The position numbers and the translations under genes were made by a program. The notes beneath the pieces were generated by a model. The model had not been told where the DNA came from. It ran no database searches and saw only the letters and a list, made by a program, of their open reading frames with translations. 64,000 bases of DNA from Zancudomyces culisetae HAW-14-8 (lineage: Eukaryota; Fungi; Kickxellomycota): positions 1,302,001 to 1,366,000 of the forward strand of contig JBNJNM010000009.1 in NCBI GenBank assembly GCA_052426225.1, given 5' to 3'. Below, one piece after another: positions 13,286-24,104 of the stretch (its first letter is position 1; every line of letters starts with the position of its first letter).

Positions 13286-13635
13286 AGACAGTTACAGAGA
13301 TGTATAATTCATTAGTTTGTCTAGTCTCGTGTATTTTAAGTGACGATAGCAGCATTTCATATTCACGTTATAGATGCTCAGATTTCCTGCAAACCTTCTT
13401 TCAATAACAACGACAACAATAATAATAAATACTTCCAGAAGTCACCACATACGTTCATCAATATCGAAATGAAAATCGATAATAGTTGATATCATTATAT
13501 CCGCAGGAATATTTAGGCATTGGTACGGCTGTAAAGAGATTTGGCTTTTCTAAATCCCTCAGATATCTTTTTAATGGTTGATATCGATACGGAATCACGG
13601 AGGTGGGGTAACCAGAAAAGGAGTTTATTATATTG

Positions 13636-14398
13636 TTATCCAAAGACAACATCCGATCGTAAGATGTACTTAACACCATAAATTACTTCCTTAGATTCGT
13701 GAATTAAGCAGTCGGCCCCATGCTTGTGCAACAGCAGTTTCCCCTGTTCGGGAGATACCGAAATCACGCCCTCTGTCCTGGATTTAGTGGTATAAAACAC
13801 AGTTTCGCCGCCACAGGTTTTTTCTAGGAGCACTGCCCCATTTTTACTGGGTTTCTCAATGGCATTTAAATATATTAATAGCGTATACTCAGTTAAATTT
13901 CCAGAAGCTGTTTTAAAATGGTCGTCATAGTGCTTCCCAAACTTTTGACCTTCTGAGTACCGATATAATCTAATGTTTTCATATAATCCAATTGGCCGTT
14001 TAGATCTGTTTGTCCCTACACTCCAATCCCTCAGCATTTCTCTAAGACCTGAGTTTTCCCATAATTCCTTTGCAAAATCTTTATCAATAAATGATATTCT
14101 CAAATTGTTTCTGACAGCATACCCTTTGCCTTTAATATGCTCTGTAGAGTGTATGTTATTACTTTTAACGTATGTTTCAAACTTGTTAATTATATTTTCA
14201 CACGATTTTGGAGACAGAAAGCGATCGGAAATGTAAATATAGGGATGAATTTGTGATAAATGTGGGGTTTTTTTTGACAATTTCAATTTTTGGAAAGTCA
14301 AATTCTTTTTTCTTGATTTCAGTACTTGGCTTGTTGTCAGAATCAGTGCTCCCCTTTTCTTTATTCGCTTGTCTCGACTTTATTCGATTTTTTGACAT
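13636..14398 (-). CDS. 2OG-Fe(II) oxygenase (prolyl-4-hydroxylase-like); apparent 1-nt frameshift in the T8 run at 14268-14275
   Basis: IRLYRY..GQKFGKHYDD (HxD), TLLIYLN, GGETVF, distal HE, KYILRSD. The ATG at 14398 (MSKNRIK) joins the catalytic frame if one A is removed. Confidence 0.8.
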
Positions 14399-14884
14399 TG
14401 TACAGCCGTTGTGTATGTGCAAATGGAAGCAACCAGGAATGATGGTGAATATGAGGCTAATTTCTTTTGTGCAATAATAGATTACTCAAGTTGTGATTTA
14501 TGTGGGAAGTAAATATTATAATGCAAACATCTGAGCTTGGGAACATGCTTGCAAATAAGTTGTTGGGTGGCCCATAGAAAGTAAAATGCCTCTGCACCAG
14601 TCCTCAACGTTTGAGTTGATATTTTAAAGGAAAAAAAATTTTTTTTCCGCTCTAGCTATCAGCAGGTCTTTCCAAAATTATCCAGTGTACCACACAAATG
14701 ATTTGATCAAAGATATCTCATTCCACTCTTGCCAATTTACATATAAATCATTAAAAAAAATACTTGAGCTCGTAATTCAAATAATCTATAATCTTTAACT
14801 TTTGAGTTACTGGACTTTATTACATTGTAATTCATCCTTTTCAGTTATTCTAGCGATCTATTCAATATATATACACATTGGACC

Positions 14885-15343
14885 ATGGGAAATCCAAGAG
14901 CCGTTTTAATAAAAAAACTCCTAAGCGAACGGGGACCTCAAACGATCACGAGCTTACACGAAGGACTGTTGCAAGCTTACCCAGCAGAATTTGCAGGAGT
15001 TACTAAAACCAATATAAAAAAAGTGTATTTAAAAAATCTAAAGGCTTTGGGACAAATTCGAGCCACCCCATCAAGTCATAAAGCAATTTCGGAAAAACTG
15101 TTACAATCTCCAGATGGATTTACGCTTAAGGATTCTTCGTCTTGGCTGTGGTCAATCCAGCCAGAACTTGAAGAGAAATACAGGAGTATGAGCGATGAAG
15201 AAGCTAAAACACAGATAACCAACATTATAAAAACCATCAATGCCGAGAGGGGCAAAGGCAAAGATTTCTGGGATGGTAGGATCAATACCCCTTCTGATTG
15301 GAAGGCAGTGTTGAAGGAACAAGGGAAGAAAACATCCTATTAA
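14885..15343 (+). CDS. Hypothetical protein (152 aa)
   Basis: ATG in good context (ACCATGG), protein-like composition, AT-rich flanks; no motif recognised. Confidence 0.65.
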   Translation: MGNPRAVLIKKLLSERGPQTITSLHEGLLQAYPAEFAGVTKTNIKKVYLKNLKALGQIRATPSSHKAISEKLLQSPDGFTLKDSSSWLWSIQPELEEKYRSMSDEEAKTQITNIIKTINAERGKGKDFWDGRINTPSDWKAVLKEQGKKTSY

Positions 15344-15799
15344 CTTCTTACCTAGATACCTGTTAGAATTGTGTAGGATTTGGTGTTTTATTAATTATAA
15401 TAAATTATGTGTATGGAATTTTAGTAGCACGTTTAGTGAACACATTCAGCGAACGTGCTAGATTTTGGGTTATTTGTGACTTCTTAAATTAGCTTGGTCA
15501 TATAATTACACTTTTGTATATCTTTTAAATATGCTTGATAAACATAAAGCTGGCAAAAATGATTAATATTCGACACCAAAGGTTTAAAATTTAGTAAATT
15601 GATAATTATTGTATATTAGAAACAAGAATTGCGTTATATTATAGATTAGGCGTATATGTACTATAGAAGAATAACAAAAGCGGTTGGAAAGTTTAAAGGA
15701 CAACAAACAGCAAGGTAGGAGCTCAAAAATAGAGCACATGAAATGTGTAATCAGGGCAATGTCAATTCCTGCCCCCATAGGTTCATCCAAGTAGCGGTT

Positions 15800-17695
15800 T
15801 TATTTTGTGGCATACAGATTAATGTCTTTTTCTAGCAAATTCTGGCGGATCTCCGAAGTGAAGTCAGTACCAACGCCAGTAAAGCTCAATAAACCCCCGA
15901 GCTGGTTAAACTCCTTTTTTTCAGTTGTATCTGGGCTAACAGATTTTTTATCCTTCAGTTTATAGTTTTTGAGAGAGATCACAGACTTTCTGTCCCCTTT
16001 ACCCATATCCGAAAAGAACATCTGTGACTTGGAAAAAATAGGATGCCTTTTGCCTTTCTTGCTGTCATCAGTTGCATGTGCGAGCAAATTAGGAGTTGAG
16101 TTTCGAACTGTCCGTTCAATTCGAGACGAAGATGGTTCAGGTGTTTGACTTGTTTTTGGAATTGAATGCCTACCAAACACATTATCAAAACCTCTGAATC
16201 CTTTTATTTTAAACTTGGAGCTGAACATGTCGCCGAGTTTAGAGAAAATAGATGCTCTCTTTGCATTCTTATGCTTGTCATTTGAATTACCCAGCTTACC
16301 TCCAGATGATTGGTTTTGAGATCCACTGAATTCCACACCTGGGCTTACACCCGCTTCTTTGGAAGTGTCGGCACTGACGCCATTCGCAGGTGTTGCGTCT
16401 ATATCTACAACCCCATAGCTGTTCAAGATTTTATTATTTCCTTCGGTTACCTCCTTTGAAAAGTTTGAGAGATCAAAGTCAAACTTTAACATCTTTAAGT
16501 TGTTCTGCCCAACTACTGTATCTTTGGTTGTCTTTAACTCCTCTTCTTTGACTGTATCTTTGACCGTGCCTTTGTCATTGATTTGAATCGGTTCTGCTTT
16601 GGATTTGTTTTTTTCTGTGTCTAGTTGTTGTTCTGACTTACCATCTTGCTCGTTATTTCCAGAAATTAGTTGTTCGACTTTTTTTACTTCTTCGGGTTTT
16701 ATGTTAGCAAGTTTTTCGGTAACACTACTTTGATCAGCATCACCACCATTGTCTGAAACTTTATCCTTACCCTCTGCTTCAGCTTCGACAATGTTTTCTT
16801 TGTGTTGAGGCTCGTTGTTATTCTCGTTTTCAACTCCATCACCAGAATTGTTAGACGTGGTAGCCTTTTGGAGTCTTTTCTCTTTTAATACATCGGCTAA
16901 GTTTATGCTATCCTGCGAACTTAATGATTCATTTGTGCTCTCACTAGTCCCGATGTTTTCTTTTGGTATTTTGTCGTTACCAAATTCTTTTGACTTTTCA
17001 TTAACAGATAACACGCTGTCTGGGTCATATTTATTTTGTAGCTTTCCATTTATACTGTTGTCATCAGTACATTTACCATCATAACTACCACTTTCTGCAT
17101 CTTCATATGTTTGTGTCACATTTTTTGCAAGGATGTTGCGAATATTAGTATTAGAACCGCTTATGTCCTTGAAGCCCTCCTCTGCGTCCACTATATCATT
17201 AAACTTCTCTCTTGACATTTCATCAATTTCTTCAGTGAAAACACTCATTTCATTGCTATCATCATTGGCGCCATCATTAAGTTTATCTTTACTACTTGAT
17301 TTTTTACTTGGTTTTTTACTAGTAACCTTTACTTCTTTTTGGGGTTTTATATCCGAACTATTGATACCATCATCCCTATTTCTGGTTACCATTTTATTTA
17401 ACACTTCATTGCTTTTAGTTTTTGTATCGATCTCCTTCTCTTTAGCTTTAGAAAGTTGTGGGTTTTCCTCATTTTTAGCATAATTCACAACTGATTTAAC
17501 ACCATCGGAGGGTAGTTCTTTGACCTCTATGTTTTTTTCTGTATCTTCAACATCTTTTGCTTGCTCAACAATCTCCTCAATGCTTTTTTCAACAACAACA
17601 GGGTTTAAACTGCTTTTAATCTTATTTATTTCTGAATTTTTTGAGCTTTTATCAGTCACTTTCGACTTTGTTCTTTTTTTGTTTTTTGCTGTCAT
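15800..17695 (-). CDS. Hypothetical low-complexity K/E/S/N-rich protein (631 aa)
   Basis: Long uninterrupted ORF, hydrophilic and probably disordered; no domain recognised. Confidence 0.7.
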   Translation of the reverse strand: MTAKNKKRTKSKVTDKSSKNSEINKIKSSLNPVVVEKSIEEIVEQAKDVEDTEKNIEVKELPSDGVKSVVNYAKNEENPQLSKAKEKEIDTKTKSNEVLNKMVTRNRDDGINSSDIKPQKEVKVTSKKPSKKSSSKDKLNDGANDDSNEMSVFTEEIDEMSREKFNDIVDAEEGFKDISGSNTNIRNILAKNVTQTYEDAESGSYDGKCTDDNSINGKLQNKYDPDSVLSVNEKSKEFGNDKIPKENIGTSESTNESLSSQDSINLADVLKEKRLQKATTSNNSGDGVENENNNEPQHKENIVEAEAEGKDKVSDNGGDADQSSVTEKLANIKPEEVKKVEQLISGNNEQDGKSEQQLDTEKNKSKAEPIQINDKGTVKDTVKEEELKTTKDTVVGQNNLKMLKFDFDLSNFSKEVTEGNNKILNSYGVVDIDATPANGVSADTSKEAGVSPGVEFSGSQNQSSGGKLGNSNDKHKNAKRASIFSKLGDMFSSKFKIKGFRGFDNVFGRHSIPKTSQTPEPSSSRIERTVRNSTPNLLAHATDDSKKGKRHPIFSKSQMFFSDMGKGDRKSVISLKNYKLKDKKSVSPDTTEKKEFNQLGGLLSFTGVGTDFTSEIRQNLLEKDINLYATK

Positions 17696-19862
17696 GATTA
17701 TACGATTTAAGAAAGATGTTAGTAGTAATGTATATCGTCAAAATAATATTTAGATCAATACTCAAGATTTTACTTTGGATTTTTAATATATTTTAGAAAG
17801 TGGATGCTAGTTTAAGTTTCTATATCTTGTCTTTTCGATTTGAATATATCCAAGAGCTTAATGAATAAAAGAATCAACGATATAGTTTAAAATGCAAGAC
17901 TTATTTTCTAAAAAAACAAAATCAACTAAAGCTAAAACTAAAACAAAAACAAAAACAAAACAAAACCTGTTTGTAATACTCTTTTTAGCATCAACACCAT
18001 TACATTTGGTTGTTTTAGCTGTACCAATATTTATGAACCAATGTGGTACTAGTGCAGATGCTGGTGTTAATACATTTTAACTTATTCTTGAGAATCCAAA
18101 GATGCACATAAAAAAGCACGATTGTTTATACACATGTAAGAAAAAAAACTAGACATTTTGTGTGTAAATATAAGGATATACTCCCGAGAATCTATTTCGA
18201 TTGTCTATTTCTTTGGAAACTTGCAAGACATAATCTCAACTTTTTAATTCCGAGCAAAAAAGAATGAAATAAAGCAATTGTCTATTGTTTGTTTAAAAAA
18301 ACATGTTTTAGTTGGCTTGATTGTTTTAAAAATCCATGCTCTGTCATTGTAGATTGTTCATTTCTTTTTGTTAAAGAAAAGAATTGCTATTAAATATCAT
18401 TTTTTAAGAGTAAAGTGCATTTTTAACTAAAAAATGTCCTAGTATCATGGTTAAAACCAGTGACATTTTTTTCTTTTTTCTTTTTTTTCAGATAAAGGTA
18501 ATGTTAATCGAAAAATAGTGTTATAATCAATTGGGCTTTTCCTACAACAAATGAGGATGTAATGCTTGTCTTTCACCTTTTATTGATTCATCCTGTGTTT
18601 TTATAAAAAAAAGAAGAATAAGCATTGCATTTCGGGCAGTAGAAAACCAATCCAAAGTAATTTAAACTTCGCGCCTCACTATTAATCATAATTCAACCAG
18701 GATTATAATATCCGAAAATAGTACCACTAGGTATTACAGAGATACGCGTTTTAAACATAAATTGTTATCCAGTTTTATTTATTATTATTATTATTATTAT
18801 TTTTAAAAAAGCAAGTTTATGCTTCAGAAACGCAAAAACAATTCGTTCGTGTTTTGAAAGTTGAACGTATCATTTTTATTACTGATGTTTGGGGAAGCTG
18901 ATTAAGGGAGGAAAGAAGGAAGAAGGCAATAAAAGAAACGCCTTGAATTGTTGGTGAACAATTGTTATTACATTAAACAAAAAAGAATAACCTTGAGTCG
19001 CTTTATCGCATTCGATTTCCATAATACTGCCATAATCGAAAATGTATTGAGATTACCATTCAGCCACCAACTCTAAAATGGCTGCTATTGAAATACTCTT
19101 TCCTCCTCGCTCCTTATAAAAATATTTCTGTGCTACTAGTGTAGTGTAAAATTTATACATAGAATATAAACAACGAAAGAGCTGAACGTTTCTAAAATAT
19201 CGGATTTACAAAGTAACAGCTAAATCGGAACAATCGAAACTTTAAAGTGTAGTGTTTAGAACAGTGAAAGTATCCACAATAAAAATTAGCAGTTCATATA
19301 CACAAACGAATCGTTCTAAACACTGATTGAACACACAAAATTTGTCACCTTTTGAATTAGGTCTTACCTACCTTGACTTGGAGAACAGTCTAGTGTACTT
19401 ATTAATTTAATAAATCACATCATCAAAAAATACCAAGCTCTATTGATGTTTCTATGGGGCAAGATTGCCAGAAAAAATAATCAATTTAAATGTAATAGAG
19501 CCACTATTGGTATAAGCGAAAGATAGCTATGATGGTGCTCAAATACACACAGTGTAGTGTCATTCCAGGAAATTTTATGACCGCCCTTGCATAACTAAAG
19601 TGGTTTGATCACAGTCTGGCAGCAAAAAAATGTGTAGAATGTCAAACTATGTTAGCAATAATAGACTGATAAGCAATTATAACCTGGCGTTCTTTTTAAA
19701 TTCCATTAAAGCTGTAGATAAATAATAAGAGTACTAGGTATGTAAATATAAATGTAAAATAAATAATACTGCAAAATCATATCAAAGCATGGGACAGGGG
19801 TGGGAGGGTTCAAGGTTTGCAATGATCATCGAAATAAAAAAATTACACGAAAAGCATAGATT

Positions 19863-22800
19863 TTAGAACCTCCTTTGTTTAAGAGATGAAGGGGGTACTT
19901 GTATTTTAGAGGGCTGGGTACCCGATTTGGGGAAGCAAAAGAGCGAATCATTTCCAAAGTTTTTTTCATTGGAGGAAACTTGAGGTTTGGTAGACGGTGA
20001 AGGCATAGGAATAGGAATCGGGCTCGAGGAATGCTCGATGGATTGTTTTTGGTAGGGCTGAGACTGAGACTGAGACTGAGACTGAGATGGAGTTTTGGGC
20101 TTAGTTAAAGTTGAAGTTCGGGCTGAAGGTGAGGCTGACGCTGAGGTGGATGGAGATGTTGGGATAGGACGGGGTATGGGAACGTTTGAGGGAATGGTGC
20201 GGGAAAGAGCCGGTGATTGGTGCCGTAGCTGGTTTAGCTTAGATTCGGAATCGGCATTTAAGATGGCATTGTGTTGTTCTAGCCGTACCTCCAGATCCCA
20301 AACTTTGTTTTTCAAATCATTGATCACTGTGTGCAAAGGGTTAAGAGTAGACATAGAATTCAAGGCAGAAATATCCTGTTGGCTTTGTGGGATTAGGAGG
20401 GAAAGCATTCCAGAGTTCAACATTGGATGTAGCTGTTCTGAAAAATGTCTTCTCTTTGCTGTTTCCATGAGCCAATACTTGTCAAACGCCTGCAACTGAA
20501 ATAAGGCATCAAACGCGGCCCATCGGATACAATCATCATTATGAAAGCAAAAGCTCCCTAAAAGCTCAAGTGCACGGGTATATAGTCTGTTATCAGAACA
20601 ACTTGTTCTTGCAGACAGAGAAATGGCGTTTATGGCAGAGGGTAGTACCCTAGTGCACTCTAACCCGCTGTTCTCTAGTCTATCCAGTATAAAGCCAAGG
20701 CTTTGATTTTCGCCTGGAACCTTTGAGATTCCCACAAACAATCCACGACGCACCAAAGGATGTGTATATAATGTCTGGGTACGCTGAGACAAAAGGTTTG
20801 AAAAAGTGTCAAAACCGTCGAATTGCTTCTGATTTCCTAAGGCATTATATGCATTGGAAAGAGAGTGAAGACCGAGGCTCGGGTCGAGGATTTTTGATTG
20901 AATGGAATGGAGTAAACATATCGAAGAGATCGAAGAGCAGTACGAAAATAAATGCGCTAAAGCTATAGGATGAGTTTCTGTAGAAATCAGCTCCGATAAC
21001 AGCTCATGGGCCTCTCTGGAATGCAGCTTGGCCAAACTCTTTCCTGCAAACATACGCACTCCGTAGTGAGATTCATTTCTAAGCCTCATTTTTACCGCCT
21101 GTAACAAATTTGGATAGCCACTTTTTATGGCTGTTTCATAGGCAAATATTCTGGAGCGAACATCTCTTGCTCTCTCAGCCATATTCAAAAGCAGATCAAA
21201 TCCAGGATTGAATTCTAGGGTGAAGAGCATATTGAGATTTGGATCGATAGATATATGAGATGGTCGTGTGCCTTCAGGCAGCTGAATAACAGCTAAGGCT
21301 CTTGTGTTTTGGTCGAAACTGAGAATTTCTCTATGGCAACCTCCGCTAGAATCCACAAGTTCTATTTCAATATCGAACCCAAACCAAACTATTGGATAGT
21401 CTCTAATCCTATCGCTACTTTGATCAAGTGTTATTTGAACCAACCCTTTGCTTGGTTGATATTGGAGATGACATCTTATTCGCGGATATCCTACGCCATA
21501 AACGAACTCGTCAAAGAATCTGTCCAAGGACTTTCCGCTTGCAGCCTCCAACCCTCTTTTAAACATCGCTGTATCCACCAAAGTTCCTCGATTATCCACC
21601 AGAAACCTTTTTACGCTACTCCAAAACACGTTCTTGCCCAACCTTCGCTCAAGCATGTGTACCCGCCAAGCTGCTCCCTCGTAACCGTGATAGTCATGAA
21701 GCTGAGCACTACTGCTATATTTATTGAATGCCAAAGGTCTCTGGTAAGCAGTACACTCCTCGGTGTATCTTTTGGCCGCCATGACCATGTGAAAATCAAA
21801 TTCGTCCTTTTCGTCGTTTTTACCCTGCCATAACGACTCGAAGTATGTCGCAAAGCCGTTTTTCAGCCACATACTATCGAAATAATTAATTCCAACCATA
21901 TTTCCGAAATAAGATTTAGCGATATCAGATATAATAAATGACTCTGACCGTTCTTGCAACTCATCAGTAGTTTGTGCCTCTAGCAAAAGTGTTGATGGGT
22001 AGATTGACAGGCTAGACCCCTCAGAGGTATATCTCGCTCTTGGAATAATCGCATAGTCATATTTTATAAAATCGCCTATTTATAGATTTTAATACAAATA
22101 AAATGCCAAGTAAAGAATCGTTATAACCCACACTCTGGGATATTACCTACCTTCGATCCCAATTACATCCGAGACAAATTTGATCATTTCCAAAGTCTTT
22201 GAGAATGTTTTCTCGATGTCTTCTCTTTTGATTTCCTTTGTATAATAATATCCTAATTTTACACTTTCACTAGCCTCATAAAAATGTTTATTTAATTTTC
22301 CAAGAACAAACCCAAATTGAGATGCAGAAATAGGTGTGTCAACTAAATATTCGGATTTCTTCATATGGATATTATCAAAGGTTAAAACTTCGCTGGTATT
22401 AAGCCATACCCCACTAGTAACACATTCATGATCAACTTGATGAATAATAGTTATGTTCATTGTCGAGCGGTTATTTGGATAGTCAATACATGGAAGATAG
22501 TACCGCGCACTATTTCGATTATATGACAATAGTTTCCCCTTCATCAATAATGTTACGCGCTCAAGTAATCAAAGTACAATACTGCAAAACACCAAAAGAG
22601 GGAAAAATAAAATAAAGTAAAGTAAATACCTTTCATCGCTATTATCTGTGAACGCCAGTATTGATTGATCCAAGTAATGGTTGTCGGGCTTCGGTACCTG
22701 AAAGTTGACTCCGCTGATTGGCGTAGTTACCTCCCATTTTATCCTAATCTCCCTACACTCTTCACCCTCGAAGCATTTTCCCCATACTATGTCAATAAAG

Positions 22801-23298
22801 TGGCCGTCATACCTCCAACTCTTGATATTTTCTCCTGTAACATCGACCCTGACAAAATCAATTGCATTCAGTTTGATTTGTGAACGTTCGTTCTCATTGG
22901 CCAACAAACATTCGCGTCTATGTACAATGTTATATGTAGCCTCGCCAAATATACGCTGATCATACAGGCTTATTTCAAGATATAGATCTATAGTGAAATA
23001 GTAGTCCAATATAGTTTACCAATATAATTGGGTTGGTTATGTACTATTAAGATGAACAAACACTAAGCTACGACGTGTGACTCTCGCCAAAAAAAAGGTG
23101 TGCATTTGCACCGTCAAAATCAACAATGCAAAGATAAATGGGTTAGATCATACCTATGTGGGAAATCTCTAGTATTGTGTCGGGAGCATATTTTGGTGTC
23201 GAGCGGGTGATTTCATCCTCGATTTTCGAAGATTTATTTCTTTGATAAATGGATTTAATTGATTTGTGGTATATACTACGAGCATAAACATCCTCCAT
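19863..23298 (-). CDS. M1-family aminopeptidase-like protein with helical/HEAT-like C-terminus, catalytically degenerate; exons 23298-23154, 22987-22630, 22509-22151, 22075-19863 (~1024 aa)
   Basis: KYAPD..HIDLYL, ARYYLPCIDYP, FGNMV...WLKNGFATYFE, Y..AAWRVHML, FFDEFVY..GYP are M1 fold motifs. Three GT..AG introns have consistent phases (1,2,1). Confidence 0.8.
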
Positions 23299-24104
23299 CT
23301 TTGAATATCATATTTCCAGTTCAATTTTTTTAGTAAAAAATAAACAAGGAAAGCCACATAGGAAAATGTGTATTTATCAAAAAGATCTGATTTTCATCTA
23401 TTGAGCAAATAATCAGTAGTTTTAAAGGGACTTAGCACTTTGCATTGATTGATTTGTGGCAAATATGCGTCAAAATAATCTCGAATAAAAATTCGAGATA
23501 AATCTATGTTTTCTTTCTGTTACATAACAGATGTAAAAAAGCCAAAAACAATTAGCTAGAGCCAGAAATATAATTTTAGAGCAAAATTATTGGCCAATTA
23601 CAAGCTTTGGTCTTAAAAGGTGCCAAATTTTGCGAGTAAGAAACAACAAGCCAGATTTTGAAACTAAGCTGTAAAGTCTTCAGATATGCCAACATATGCG
23701 AGTAAAATACTGACCAGTATTGACGGTTACCCAACTGATACTATCGTGCTTCTAAACAATGATAATAAATTTATTTTTATAAAATAAAAAGTTCAAATAC
23801 ACACAAATATTTTCAGGCTTCACTAGATGGACTTGCTACCCCTTCCTTTCGTTAGGCAAGCTGGCCTGAACTGGGGAAGTTGACTTTTTTGTTTTAAAAC
23901 CGTTAAAGGTATTAAACGAAGTTTTAGTTATGAACTACTAGTAGTTTTCAGAGAGCTTATTTAAAAAAATAGTTTATTAAAACCAATGCTTTTGAGTTAG
24001 CTATAGATGATATCCGTTCTAAGATAATATATAATAAACACGAAGATATAAAAAAAGCAGTCCTCGTGAAGCTGCTAATACAAGAAAGGATGAAAATAGA
24101 AAAC

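Noticed and set aside
15425-15460. Hairpin TAGCACGTT..TGAA-CACA-TTCA..AACGTGCTA downstream of the 152-aa gene, considered as a SECIS element (some early fungi use selenocysteine)
   Set aside because: Upper stem far too short for a SECIS, and the upstream ORF ends in TAA with no in-frame TGA.
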